In this document: positions 17,941-26,846 of the stretch, piece by piece
Layout: each line of letters begins with the position of its first letter
How positions within the stretch are numbered: the first letter of the stretch is position 1
IMG/VR virus record: IMGVR_UViG_2526164613_000023
Source: a virus
Lineage: Duplodnaviria > Heunggongvirae > Uroviricota > Caudoviricetes
Length of the DNA stretch: 35,309 nt
Reading direction: 5' to 3' (one strand)
Position numbers and translations under genes: made by a program
Notes under the pieces: generated by a model
What the model saw: only the letters and a program-made list of their open reading frames with translations
What the model was told of the DNA's origin: nothing
Database searches by the model: none

Positions 17941-18344
17941 AGCTCTGGCACACGCTGGGCGTCGCTTTCCTTCTGATTGCCGCATGGGGAACATCCATGC
18001 GTCTGTCGTGGTCGCTGGGCCGGGAGAACGCCAGAAACGAAGCGCAGGCCAGCGCCCTGAAAAGTACCGCCGACCCCCTGAATATCATCAGCGCCGGGGT
18101 ACAGGATATGCAGCAGGTGCTGGCGCAACTCCGCGTGGAAAATCAGCAACGCAATCAGGACGGAGAGGTAAGACGTGAACAGCTACGCAACGATATTGCA
18201 AAAGATGAATGCGCCCACGCTTTGCCTGACGCTCGTTTTACTGACAGGTTGCGCAGGCACGCAGAACGCGCCACGGCCAGCGCCGTCAGTCCGGCTTATA
18301 CCGCAGACGCTGACCATACCGGTAACGCCTCCCCCCTTCCCTGA
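17937..18344 (+). CDS. i-spanin, Rz/LysB-like
   Basis: ATG overlaps the endolysin stop (ATGA); N-terminal transmembrane helix LWHTLGVAFLLIAAWG followed by a charged coiled-coil-like region. Confidence 0.65.
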   Translation: MKLWHTLGVAFLLIAAWGTSMRLSWSLGRENARNEAQASALKSTADPLNIISAGVQDMQQVLAQLRVENQQRNQDGEVRREQLRNDIAKDECAHALPDARFTDRLRRHAERATASAVSPAYTADADHTGNASPLP

Positions 18345-18495
18345 CACTCCCACATGGGGAAATCTCGGTATATGGGGCGACCGCCTTCTGGATGCACTGG
18401 AAACCTGTAACGCGGATAAACGGGCCATTGAATTACTGGAACAGCGCAGGCTGCAACGACTGAACAACGAGGACAACAACCATGCTGAAAACTGA
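18205..18495 (+). CDS. o-spanin lipoprotein, Rz1/LysC-like
   Basis: Out-of-frame ORF overlapping the 3' part of the Rz-like gene; signal peptide with lipobox LLTGC and a Pro-rich segment. Confidence 0.6.
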   Translation: MNAPTLCLTLVLLTGCAGTQNAPRPAPSVRLIPQTLTIPVTPPPFPDTPTWGNLGIWGDRLLDALETCNADKRAIELLEQRRLQRLNNEDNNHAEN

Positions 18496-18949
18496 TTCTC
18501 TGCGTGAAGCCATGACCCGTTCATGCCGATGGTGTCAGGCCAACCCGGAAAAATTCACCATTTTCGTGGAGAGCGGCAACATTGAAACGACAGGAGAAAC
18601 CCCATCGTTTGTTTACCGCTATCAGATGGTGATGTTTGTCATGGATTACGCCGGGGAGCTGGACGACCTCACGCTGCCGCTGCTGGCGTGGTTATCCGAA
18701 AATCAGCCACAGTTGTTGCTCAACCCTGAGCGTAATCAGGACATCAAATTCTCCGCCGTTATTAATGACGATGACAGCGCCGATCTCCTGTTTACGCTCC
18801 CCCTGCGGGAACGCGTTCGCATCACGCGCAGCAGTCAGGGCACACCGCAGGCAGAACACCTGCCGGAGCCAAAACCCCGCCTGCCATCTTCCGAAGGCGA
18901 CTGGTCGCATGTATTCCAGGATGTGACGTGGGGTGAAAGCGATGGATAA
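18482..18949 (+). CDS. R: Tail completion protein, P2 gpR-like
   Basis: 155 aa; MLKTDSLREAMT…LPLLAWLSENQP… versus P2 R MLKPDSLRRALT…VPVLAWLRENQP… as recalled. Confidence 0.85.
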   Translation: MLKTDSLREAMTRSCRWCQANPEKFTIFVESGNIETTGETPSFVYRYQMVMFVMDYAGELDDLTLPLLAWLSENQPQLLLNPERNQDIKFSAVINDDDSADLLFTLPLRERVRITRSSQGTPQAEHLPEPKPRLPSSEGDWSHVFQDVTWGESDG

Positions 18950-19577
18950 GGCATTCACCCGCGTGGATGAAACCTTTGAGGCCATCCGCGACAGCCTGAA
19001 TCAGCAGGCCATCAATAACATCGCCAGAAAGCTGGCACAGGATTTACGCCGCGCCCAGCAGGCGCGTATCCGGTCACAGAAAGCGCCGGACGGGACCGCG
19101 TGGACACCACGCAGACGCCGCGTAACCCGGATACAGGAACGCATTCGCTTTATCTGGAATAACGAAGCACGCACGCTGAAAAACTGGCATCACGACACGG
19201 GGAAATACGGGCGAACCATTACCGGGTGGGATGAGGATAAAAACAATATCCGCACGTTTTACCGGGATGACATCGACCGTTTTCTGGAAATACGCACCCG
19301 GCGCATCAACCAGGACAGCACCAGGCGCGTCCCCATGTTCGTAAAACTGCGCACCGCCCGCTACCTGAAAGCCCGTGCAGATGCTTCCAGTGTGACGGTG
19401 GGTTACAGCGGCGTGGCCGCACGTATTGCCCGCGTTCATCAGTTCGGTGAGCGCGATCAGGTTGCGCCGGGCATTTTCACCGATTACCCGGTACGTGAGC
19501 TGCTGGGTATCAGCCAGGCAGATGAGCGCCTGATTTATAACACGGTGCTGGGCCGGATTGCGGAGGCTGTACGGTGA
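18933..19577 (+). CDS. S: Tail completion / virion morphogenesis protein, P2 gpS-like
   Basis: ORF at the S position between R and V; start uncertain (GTG at 18933 or ATG at 18942). Confidence 0.65.
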   Translation: MKAMDKAFTRVDETFEAIRDSLNQQAINNIARKLAQDLRRAQQARIRSQKAPDGTAWTPRRRRVTRIQERIRFIWNNEARTLKNWHHDTGKYGRTITGWDEDKNNIRTFYRDDIDRFLEIRTRRINQDSTRRVPMFVKLRTARYLKARADASSVTVGYSGVAARIARVHQFGERDQVAPGIFTDYPVRELLGISQADERLIYNTVLGRIAEAVR

Positions 19578-20155
19578 GCGCAGAACTCATGCGACTGCTG
19601 AGCAATATCATCCGCACCGGGATCATCTCTGAAGTTGATGAGAAGTCCTGGCGCGTGCGCGTTCGCAGCGGCGAACTGGAAACAGACTGGTTGCGCTGGA
19701 ACACCACGCGCGCGGGAGCCTTCAATGTGTGGCTGCCGCCATCACCAGGCGAACAGGTGGTAATTGCCTGCATTGGCGGCAACCCGGAAACCGCCATGAT
19801 AATTGGCAGCCTGTGGAGTGATGCCAGTCCGGCACCCGGCAAAAGCCTGAAAGAAATCGTGATCAGCGCGCCGGACGGCGCGGTGTTCCGCTACGACGCG
19901 GACGCAGGCGCACTGAGCGCCAGCGGCATGAAAACGGCCACTTTACAGGCATCCGTCAGCGTGAAACTGGATACGCCCGTCGTGGAATGCACAAACCTTC
20001 TGAGAACGGCGACGCTTGACGTCACAAAAGGAGGAAAGATGAGCGGCAATATCACGCACAGCGGCGGCAACTTCACCTCAAACGGCATTACCGTGCATAC
20101 GCATAAACACGGTGGCGTGAAAGGCGGCAGCGATTCGACAGGAGGCCCGCAGTGA
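19574..20155 (+). CDS. V: Baseplate spike protein, P2 gpV-like
   Basis: 193 aa at the V position; start overlaps the S stop. Confidence 0.8.
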   Translation: MSAELMRLLSNIIRTGIISEVDEKSWRVRVRSGELETDWLRWNTTRAGAFNVWLPPSPGEQVVIACIGGNPETAMIIGSLWSDASPAPGKSLKEIVISAPDGAVFRYDADAGALSASGMKTATLQASVSVKLDTPVVECTNLLRTATLDVTKGGKMSGNITHSGGNFTSNGITVHTHKHGGVKGGSDSTGGPQ

Positions 20156-20502
20156 CAACCCGCTACACAGGAATGAATCCGGACGGGACGGGAAACCTGA
20201 ACGATATGGAGCACCTGAAACAGTCAGTCAGGGACATCCTGACCACCCCGCTGGCAAGCCGGGTTATGCGACGGGAATATGGCAGCCTTGTGCCTGATTT
20301 GATTGACGAACCCATGAATAACACCACGCGTCTGCAATGCATGAGTGCTGCCGTGATTGCACTGACACGATGGGAACCCCGCATTGCCCTGGATGCCATC
20401 GATGTTGTCTGGAAAGCAGGAGGCCGCGCCGGGGTGACGCTGTCGGGCACTGTCATGCAGACCATGCAGAATGTTGAATTAACCATCACGCTGAGAGAGT
20501 AA
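20152..20502 (+). CDS. W: Baseplate wedge protein, P2 gpW-like (GPW/gp25 family)
   Basis: 116 aa (P2 W 115 aa); overlapping start with the V stop. Confidence 0.85.
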   Translation: MTTRYTGMNPDGTGNLNDMEHLKQSVRDILTTPLASRVMRREYGSLVPDLIDEPMNNTTRLQCMSAAVIALTRWEPRIALDAIDVVWKAGGRAGVTLSGTVMQTMQNVELTITLRE

Positions 20503-20505
20503 ATC

Positions 20506-21402
20506 ATGCCTGCCGTTGACCTTTCCCAGTTACCGGAACCCGCCATCATAGCGGAGCCTGACTTTGAGGCAATTCTGGCTGACACAAAGGCCATGATGAT
20601 TGCGGCTTATCCCGCCGAACAGCGTGAAGCCGTATCCGCCGCGCTGGAGCTGGAATCGGAACCCCTTAACGTTATCGCTCAAACCATGTCGTTTCGTGAA
20701 ATGCTGTTACGCCAGCGGGTTAACGAGGGCGCACGCGCCTGCATGTTAAGCCACGGTTCAGGGACAAACCTGGACAACCTCGCGGGCAATATGAACACAA
20801 AGCGCCTGGTTATCACTCCGGCAACGGATACCACCGACGCGGTGATGGAGAGCGACACCTCGCTGAGACTGCGGGCGCAGCGGGCGTATGACGGCCTGAG
20901 TGTTGCAGGCCCGTCAGGCGCATACGAGTATTTTGCACGCAGCGCCAGCGGTCTGGTGCGTGATGCGCGGGCCATCAGCCCGTCTCCGGCCTGTGTGACG
21001 GTTTCCATTCTGTCCACTGAAGGCGACGGCACAGCAACGGAGGCGTTGCTTAATACCGTTCGCGCCGTTCTGAATGCAGAGGATACCCGCCCGGTGGCCG
21101 ACCGCCTGACGGTACAGAGCGCCAGAATCGTGACATGGCGGCTGAATGCAAAACTGTACTTTTACCCCGGCCCGGAATCCGAACCTATTCTGGCCGCGGC
21201 AGAATCGTCATTCAGGAAGTGGCTGGCTGAACAGGGGCTTATCGGTCAGGACGTGGCGTTGTCCGCCATTGCTGCCGCACTGCATGTGCACGGTGTGCAA
21301 CGCGTGGAGATAATCGAACCCACACAGAATATGGCCATCAGCGACATACAGGCGGCGCGCTGTGAGTCATTTACCATCAGCGAAGGTGGGCGCAATGAGT
21401 AA
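20506..21402 (+). CDS. J: Baseplate protein, P2 gpJ-like
   Basis: 298 aa (P2 J about 302 aa) at the expected position. Confidence 0.85.
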   Translation: MPAVDLSQLPEPAIIAEPDFEAILADTKAMMIAAYPAEQREAVSAALELESEPLNVIAQTMSFREMLLRQRVNEGARACMLSHGSGTNLDNLAGNMNTKRLVITPATDTTDAVMESDTSLRLRAQRAYDGLSVAGPSGAYEYFARSASGLVRDARAISPSPACVTVSILSTEGDGTATEALLNTVRAVLNAEDTRPVADRLTVQSARIVTWRLNAKLYFYPGPESEPILAAAESSFRKWLAEQGLIGQDVALSAIAAALHVHGVQRVEIIEPTQNMAISDIQAARCESFTISEGGRNE

Positions 21403-21925
21403 TTCGTTGTTACCACCATCAGCCAGCAATTTCATGCGTTGTGCCGAAGCTGTCGGAGCGCGCATTACAAATATCCCGGTAGACCTCAACACGCTGTGGT
21501 CGCCGGACACATGCCCGGTGCATCTGCTGCCTTATCTCGCCTGGGCATTTTCCGTTGACCGCTGGGATCGCAACTGGCCGGAAGAGACAAAGCGACAGGT
21601 GATTCGTGATGCATGGCTGATACACCGACACAAAGGGACCATCAGCGCACTGCGCCGGGCCATTGAGCCGCTGGGATACCTCATTCGTGTGTCTGAGTGG
21701 TGGGAGTTCGGCGGAGAACCGGGAACATTTACCGTTGAAGTCGGCACGCTGGACAGTGGCGTGACGGAGGAAATGTATCTGGAAATGGAGCGGTTGATTG
21801 CTGATGCCCGCCCGGTCAGCCGCCACATGACAGGGCTGAATATCATTCAGGAGATCCCGGGGGATATTTTCGCGGCGGCAGCAACTTACGACGGTGAAGT
21901 CATTACCATTTATCCGGACGATTAA
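21395..21925 (+). CDS. I: Baseplate protein, P2 gpI-like
   Basis: ATG at 21395 gives 176 aa, the same as P2 I; overlaps the J 3' end. Confidence 0.8.
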   Translation: MSNSLLPPSASNFMRCAEAVGARITNIPVDLNTLWSPDTCPVHLLPYLAWAFSVDRWDRNWPEETKRQVIRDAWLIHRHKGTISALRRAIEPLGYLIRVSEWWEFGGEPGTFTVEVGTLDSGVTEEMYLEMERLIADARPVSRHMTGLNIIQEIPGDIFAAAATYDGEVITIYPDD

Positions 21926-21927
21926 GC

Positions 21928-24087
21928 ATGAGTACCACAACACGAAAATTTAAAACCATTATCACTGATACTGGTGCCAAAAAATTAGCTCAGGCAGCCG
22001 CGCCAGATGGTAATCCTGTCCGCCTGACTCACATGGCCGTGGGCGACGGTGGCGGCACGTTGCCCACACCAGACAGTAAGCAGACCCGTCTGGTGCATGA
22101 GGTGTGGCGACATACTGTTAATCGCGTCATCCTGGACGCAACACATCAGAACCGCATTATTGCGGAGCTGGTTATTCCTCCTGAAACGGGCGGATTCTGG
22201 ATCCGGGAAATTGGTGTATTTGATGAGCACGGCGATTTGATCGCGGTGGGCAATACTGCCGAAAGTTACAAACCAACCGTTGCCGAAGGATCCGGACGTG
22301 CACAAACATTTCGCACCATTCTGACCGTATCCAGCACTGCCACCGTGGCGCTTACCGTGGATAACACCATGGTTATGGCCACAGTGGATTACGTGAATGA
22401 CAAACTGAAAGAACATGAACAGTCACGACGTCACCCGGACGCCTCGCTGACCGCAAAAGGCTTTGTTCAACTCAGTAGCGCCACCAACAGCACGTCTGAA
22501 GCACTGGCCGCAACGCCGAAAGCGGTCAAGGCAGCCTATGACCTTGCTATCGGGAAATATACCGCACAGGACGCCACTACAGCGCGGAAAGGACTTGTCC
22601 AGCTCAGTAGCGCCACCAACAGCGATTCAGAAACGCTGGCGGCAACACCAAAGGCGGTAAAGGCAACATATGACCTTGCTAACGGGAAATATACTGCGCA
22701 GGATGCCACCACAGCGCGGAAAGGCCTTGTCCAGCTCAGTAGCGCCACCAACAGCACGTCTGAAGCACTGGCCGCAACACCGAAAGCGGTAAAGACAGCA
22801 TATGACCTTGCTAACGGGAAATATACCGCTCAGGACGCTACGACAGCACAAAAAGGGATTGTCCAGCTAAGCAGCGCGACTAACAGCACATCTGAAACGC
22901 TTGCCGCGACACCGAAAGCAGTGAAAGCAGCTAATGACAATGCGAATGGTCGGGTACCTTCTGCCCGTAAGGTGAATGGTAAGGCGCTTTCAGCGGATAT
23001 TACACTGACGCCGAAAGATATTGGTACGCTTAACTCAACAACTATGTCATTCAGCGGTGGTGCTGGTTGGTTCAAATTAGCAACGGTAACCATGCCGCAG
23101 GCGAGTTCTGTTGTTTCAATTACGTTGATTGGTGGCGCGGGATTTAACGTGGAGTCACCTCAACAGGCAGGTATATCTGAACTTGTTCTTCGTGCGGGAA
23201 ATGGAAATCCAAAAGGTCTTACTGGTGCGTTATGGCGACGGACATCGGTTGGATTTACTAATTTTGCATGGGTGAATACATCCGGTGATACCTATGATGT
23301 TTATGTTGAAATAGGTAATTACGCCACAGGTGTTAATATTCAATGGGATTATACCAGTAACGCCAGCGTAACGATTCATACTTCACCAGCATATTCTGCT
23401 AATAAGCCGGAAGGATTAACGGACGGTTCTGTTTATTCGCTGTATATTTCGCCTCATGAACTTTATCCGGTTGGCGCACCGATCCCTTGGCCATCAGATA
23501 CCGTTCCGTCTGGTTATGCCCTGATGCAGGGGCAGACTTTTGACAAATCTGCATACCCGAAACTTGCAGCCGCTTATCCGTCAGGCGTGATCCCTGATAT
23601 GCGTGGCTGGACGATTAAGGGCAAGCCCGCCAGTGGTCGTGCCGTATTGTCTCAGGAACAGGACGGCATTAAATCGCACACCCACAGCGCCAGCGTATCC
23701 AGTACGGATTTGGGTACGAAAACCACATCGTCGTTTGATTACGGGACGAAAACAACCTCACTATTTGACTATGGGACCAAAACTACCAGTAACGCCGGGA
23801 GTCACACGCATTCAATACCAACATCAGATGGTGCAAACCAGGGGGGGGAAATTCCACTGACATCTGGGCGTCTGGCAACTCAATATACATCAGCAACAAC
23901 AGGTTCCTCTGGCTCACATTCTCATACTGTAGGTATTGTTTCTCATCAGCACACTGTCGGTATTGGTGCACACACGCACTCGGTTGCGATTGGCTCACAT
24001 GGACACACCATCACCGTTAACGCTGCTGGTAACGCGGAAAACACCGTCAAAAACATCGCATTTAACTATATTGTGAGGCTTGCATGA
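21928..24087 (+). CDS. H: Tail fibre protein, P2 gpH-like, with tandem fibre repeats and a His-rich HxH tip
   Basis: 719 aa; four 44-aa (132-bp) tandem repeats of the KG(F/L/I)VQLSSATNS…TPKAVK…YDLA…[11 protein letters not shown] type; C-terminal SHSHT…SHQHT…AHTHS…SHGHT motifs. Confidence 0.9.
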   Translation: MSTTTRKFKTIITDTGAKKLAQAAAPDGNPVRLTHMAVGDGGGTLPTPDSKQTRLVHEVWRHTVNRVILDATHQNRIIAELVIPPETGGFWIREIGVFDEHGDLIAVGNTAESYKPTVAEGSGRAQTFRTILTVSSTATVALTVDNTMVMATVDYVNDKLKEHEQSRRHPDASLTAKGFVQLSSATNSTSEALAATPKAVKAAYDLAIGKYTAQDATTARKGLVQLSSATNSDSETLAATPKAVKATYDLANGKYTAQDATTARKGLVQLSSATNSTSEALAATPKAVKTAYDLANGKYTAQDATTAQKGIVQLSSATNSTSETLAATPKAVKAANDNANGRVPSARKVNGKALSADITLTPKDIGTLNSTTMSFSGGAGWFKLATVTMPQASSVVSITLIGGAGFNVESPQQAGISELVLRAGNGNPKGLTGALWRRTSVGFTNFAWVNTSGDTYDVYVEIGNYATGVNIQWDYTSNASVTIHTSPAYSANKPEGLTDGSVYSLYISPHELYPVGAPIPWPSDTVPSGYALMQGQTFDKSAYPKLAAAYPSGVIPDMRGWTIKGKPASGRAVLSQEQDGIKSHTHSASVSSTDLGTKTTSSFDYGTKTTSLFDYGTKTTSNAGSHTHSIPTSDGANQGGEIPLTSGRLATQYTSATTGSSGSHSHTVGIVSHQHTVGIGAHTHSVAIGSHGHTITVNAAGNAENTVKNIAFNYIVRLA
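22456..22950 (+). repeat. About four copies of a 132-bp in-frame tandem repeat inside the tail fibre gene
   Basis: Repeat units start at 22456, 22588, 22720 and 22852; the last copy diverges. Confidence 0.85.
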
Positions 24088-24986
24088 TTACGCTCATTCT
24101 TTCTGCACCAGTAACAGAAATGGCTGAAGCATTTAAGCGGGTATTTGCAAACGCAGATAATGTGAATATTGTCGGAAAGCCATTTGAAACAATCAGAGAA
24201 TTTGACTGTATGGTAAGTGCGGCAAATAGTTTCGGCCTGATGGATGGCGGTGTTGATGCCGCCATTACCGCATTCTTCGGTACTCAGTTACAGTCCCGCG
24301 TTCAGAATCATATTCTTCGTGAATATCTAGGCGAGCAGCCTGTAGGATCTGCGTTTGTTATTGAAACGGGGCATAATCATCACCCCTGGCTGGTACATGC
24401 GCCAACAATGCGTGTTCCGCTGACAATTGACGGAACAGACGCTGTATATAACGCAACCTGGGCCGCTCTGCTTGCCATCTTTCAGCACAATAAAAACGCA
24501 ACGACAGACAGGAAAATAAAGACGGTGGTATTCCCTGCGATGGGGGCTGGATGTGGTCAGGTACCGTTTGAAAGTGTTGCCCGCCAGATGAAGCAGGCCT
24601 GGGATAACTTTAATAAAAAAACAGAATCAATTAACTGGGAATACGCACAATCCCGCCAGTCGGCAGTATTTGGCACATATGCATACTGTCCGGGTAATTC
24701 TGTTTGCCGTTATGCGGATGCTAAATATATTGGATGCGGCGATTATCGGACGTATTGCTCACGTTCCGGGCAGGTCTGTATTAACCCTGAACATCAGGCT
24801 GATGATGTACTGATACAACATCAGGCTAATAACCGGTTTCGCCCTGATTCGCATATACACCGGATTAATCCAGAAAATCCCGTAGGTAATGTCACCTCTG
24901 GCGCACATAGCCACAGAAGTAGCATCGTTATTGGTGCTCACACCCATACGCTCAATAAACAATATTCTGTCTCTGATATTAAGTAG
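24084..24986 (+). CDS. Macro-domain protein (ADP-ribose binding/hydrolase fold) with a tail-fibre-like HxH C-terminus
   Basis: 300 aa; start overlaps the H stop (ATGA) with a GAGG RBS; …[21 protein letters not shown]… and …[24 protein letters not shown]… align with the macro-domain core of E. coli YmdB and Af1521 as recalled; C-terminus …[18 protein letters not shown]… resembles the H tip at protein and nucleotide level. Confidence 0.75.
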   Translation: MITLILSAPVTEMAEAFKRVFANADNVNIVGKPFETIREFDCMVSAANSFGLMDGGVDAAITAFFGTQLQSRVQNHILREYLGEQPVGSAFVIETGHNHHPWLVHAPTMRVPLTIDGTDAVYNATWAALLAIFQHNKNATTDRKIKTVVFPAMGAGCGQVPFESVARQMKQAWDNFNKKTESINWEYAQSRQSAVFGTYAYCPGNSVCRYADAKYIGCGDYRTYCSRSGQVCINPEHQADDVLIQHQANNRFRPDSHIHRINPENPVGNVTSGAHSHRSSIVIGAHTHTLNKQYSVSDIK

Positions 24987-24994
24987 AGGTGAAC

Positions 24995-25573
24995 ATGGAT
25001 TTCAGAATGAGTGAACAACCACGGACCATAAAAATTTATAATCTGCTGGCCGGAACTAATGAATTTATTGGTGAAGGTGACGCATACATTCCGCCTCATA
25101 CAGGTCTGCCAGCAAACAGTACCGATATTGCACCGCCAGATATTCCGGCTGGCTTCGTGGCTGTTTTCAACAGTAATGAGGCATCGTGGCATCTCGTTGA
25201 AGATCATCGGGGTAAAACGGTTTATGACGTGGCTTCCGGCGACGCGTTATTTATTTCTGAACTCGGTCCGTTACCGGAAAATGTTACCTGGTTGTCGCCG
25301 GATGGAGAGTGTCAGAAGTGGAACGGCACATCCTGGGCGAAAGATGCAGAAGCAGAAAAACTGTTTCGGGTACGGGAGGCAGAAGAAACAAAAAACAGCC
25401 TGATGCAGGTAGCCAGTGAGCATATTGCGCCACTTCAGGATGCCGTAGATTTGGATATTGCGACGGAGGAAGAGGCATCGTTACTGGCTGCATGGAAGAC
25501 ATATCGGGTATTGTTGAATCGTGTTGATACAACAGTAGCAGCGGATGTTGAGTGGCCAGTCGCCCCACAATAA
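24995..25573 (+). CDS. G: Tail fibre assembly chaperone, P2 gpG-like
   Basis: C-terminal …[21 protein letters not shown]…EWPVAPQ matches P2 G …EERARLESWERYSVLVSRVD…EWPEMPQ as recalled. Confidence 0.85.
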   Translation: MDFRMSEQPRTIKIYNLLAGTNEFIGEGDAYIPPHTGLPANSTDIAPPDIPAGFVAVFNSNEASWHLVEDHRGKTVYDVASGDALFISELGPLPENVTWLSPDGECQKWNGTSWAKDAEAEKLFRVREAEETKNSLMQVASEHIAPLQDAVDLDIATEEEASLLAAWKTYRVLLNRVDTTVAADVEWPVAPQ

Positions 25574-25579
25574 AAAGAA

Positions 25580-25609
25580 AAAGCCATCGACAGAAATATC
25601 GATGGCTTT
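25580..25609. terminator. Bidirectional Rho-independent terminator between G and the acetyltransferase gene
   Basis: Perfect 11-bp stem AAAGCCATCGA-cagaaata-TCGATGGCTTT; T-rich tract on the minus-strand side and a moderately T-rich tract on the plus side. Confidence 0.65.
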
Positions 25610-25616
25610 ATGTACT

Positions 25617-26222
25617 CTATTTATACAATACAACACCACTCTTTTTAGTTATATATGTGCAGTTTGATGGTATATCTTTATTTATAAAAGACATTGCACC
25701 TATTTTTACATTATCCCCAATTTTACGTGATAATCCAATGATGCAACAATTAGCTCCGATATCAACGTTACTACCAATTTTTACTCTTGAACTAGGCATA
25801 TCACCATCTATCTGTCCAATGGTAGTATTCTGTCGTAATACCAGATTTTCACCCGCATCAACAGCAAAATGAACAACAATTCCAGCATGATGGGGAATTG
25901 TCAACCCTTTTCCAATATTTGCGCCCAATCCTATTTCACAACCAAACTTGTTAATTATTTTACTGTTTAACTTTTTGGCTGCTTTCTTATGTAATTTATT
26001 ACCATTAATATACATTTCGTTAGCCAACCGCCACCAGAAAAGGAAATTCCGGTTACGCTGCTTTTTCTCTCTTAAAAGCCTCCAGATATCCATACGTTTC
26101 CGCCGAATTACTTCATGTTTCCAGAAGTTTTTTAAATTAGTAGAGTTTCCAAATAAAACAAAGTGAATTGCCATTAAGTAAGATAGCACGATAATCTCCT
26201 TAATTATTATTTCAGACCACAC
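25617..26222 (-). CDS. Hexapeptide-repeat (left-handed beta-helix) acetyltransferase, serine-acetyltransferase-like; cargo at the Z/fun position
   Basis: 201-aa ORF in a strongly AT-rich island; …GCEIGLGANIGKGLTIPHHAGIVV…IGSNVDIGANCCIIG…IGDNVKIGAMSFI… shows hexapeptide periodicity typical of CysE-like acetyltransferases; start codon uncertain (internal Met candidates). Confidence 0.65.
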   Translation of the reverse strand: MWSEIIIKEIIVLSYLMAIHFVLFGNSTNLKNFWKHEVIRRKRMDIWRLLREKKQRNRNFLFWWRLANEMYINGNKLHKKAAKKLNSKIINKFGCEIGLGANIGKGLTIPHHAGIVVHFAVDAGENLVLRQNTTIGQIDGDMPSSRVKIGSNVDIGANCCIIGLSRKIGDNVKIGAMSFINKDIPSNCTYITKKSGVVLYK

Positions 26223-26345
26223 ATGTTATAAGGTTAAGAGATTATAAAATCCTGTTATTTGTTATTCAAAAACAATTTTCTGAGAAGGACATACAACAGC
26301 AAGTCGCCAGTCACCTTCATCAGGAAATTGGCGACATACGTTAAA

Positions 26346-26840
26346 TCAGAGCAGCCCCTTAACTGAGCTGGCCGCGCTATTAAGGGATGATGTCACCTTA
26401 TCTTTGAAGCCGGACAGCATATCGCTGAACGATGAGGATTGCAGGCGCTCCCGCAAATCCTCATCACAGCGTTCAAGAGTCAGTGAAAATTCTATCTTTT
26501 TCGCCTTACCGTAGCGATCAAACTCGGAGCGGGTCGTATTCGTTCCGGTCAGGACATACATGCCGTAAATCTGCCCGACGCCATCAATCAAAGGCCAAGG
26601 ACGTCCTGTATATGCCTGCGTGGTCAACAACGACAGCGACACTTCGCCACCAGTAATCTCAGGATAAAGAACACCAGAAAGAACGATGCGATCATCACCT
26701 GCACCGATATACTGCCAGCTTGCTGAACGGTTAACGCGTTCATTTTTCACATGTCGCCAGCTTTTGTTTTGCTGTAGCTGCTGATGCGGCAACGTGCGCA
26801 GCTCAAAAACAAACATGCCGTAGATCATCATCATGGCCAT
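26346..26840 (-). CDS. U: Tail protein, P2 gpU-like
   Basis: 164 aa (P2 U about 159 aa), immediately downstream of the tape-measure gene on the minus strand. Confidence 0.75.
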   Translation of the reverse strand: MAMMMIYGMFVFELRTLPHQQLQQNKSWRHVKNERVNRSASWQYIGAGDDRIVLSGVLYPEITGGEVSLSLLTTQAYTGRPWPLIDGVGQIYGMYVLTGTNTTRSEFDRYGKAKKIEFSLTLERCDEDLRERLQSSSFSDMLSGFKDKVTSSLNSAASSVKGLL

Positions 26841-26846
26841 GACTCC

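Noticed and set aside
22463-23093. Short ORFs on both strands overlapping the tail fibre tandem repeats
   Set aside because: The repeat keeps several frames open by chance; only the H frame is continuous with the flanking fibre sequence.
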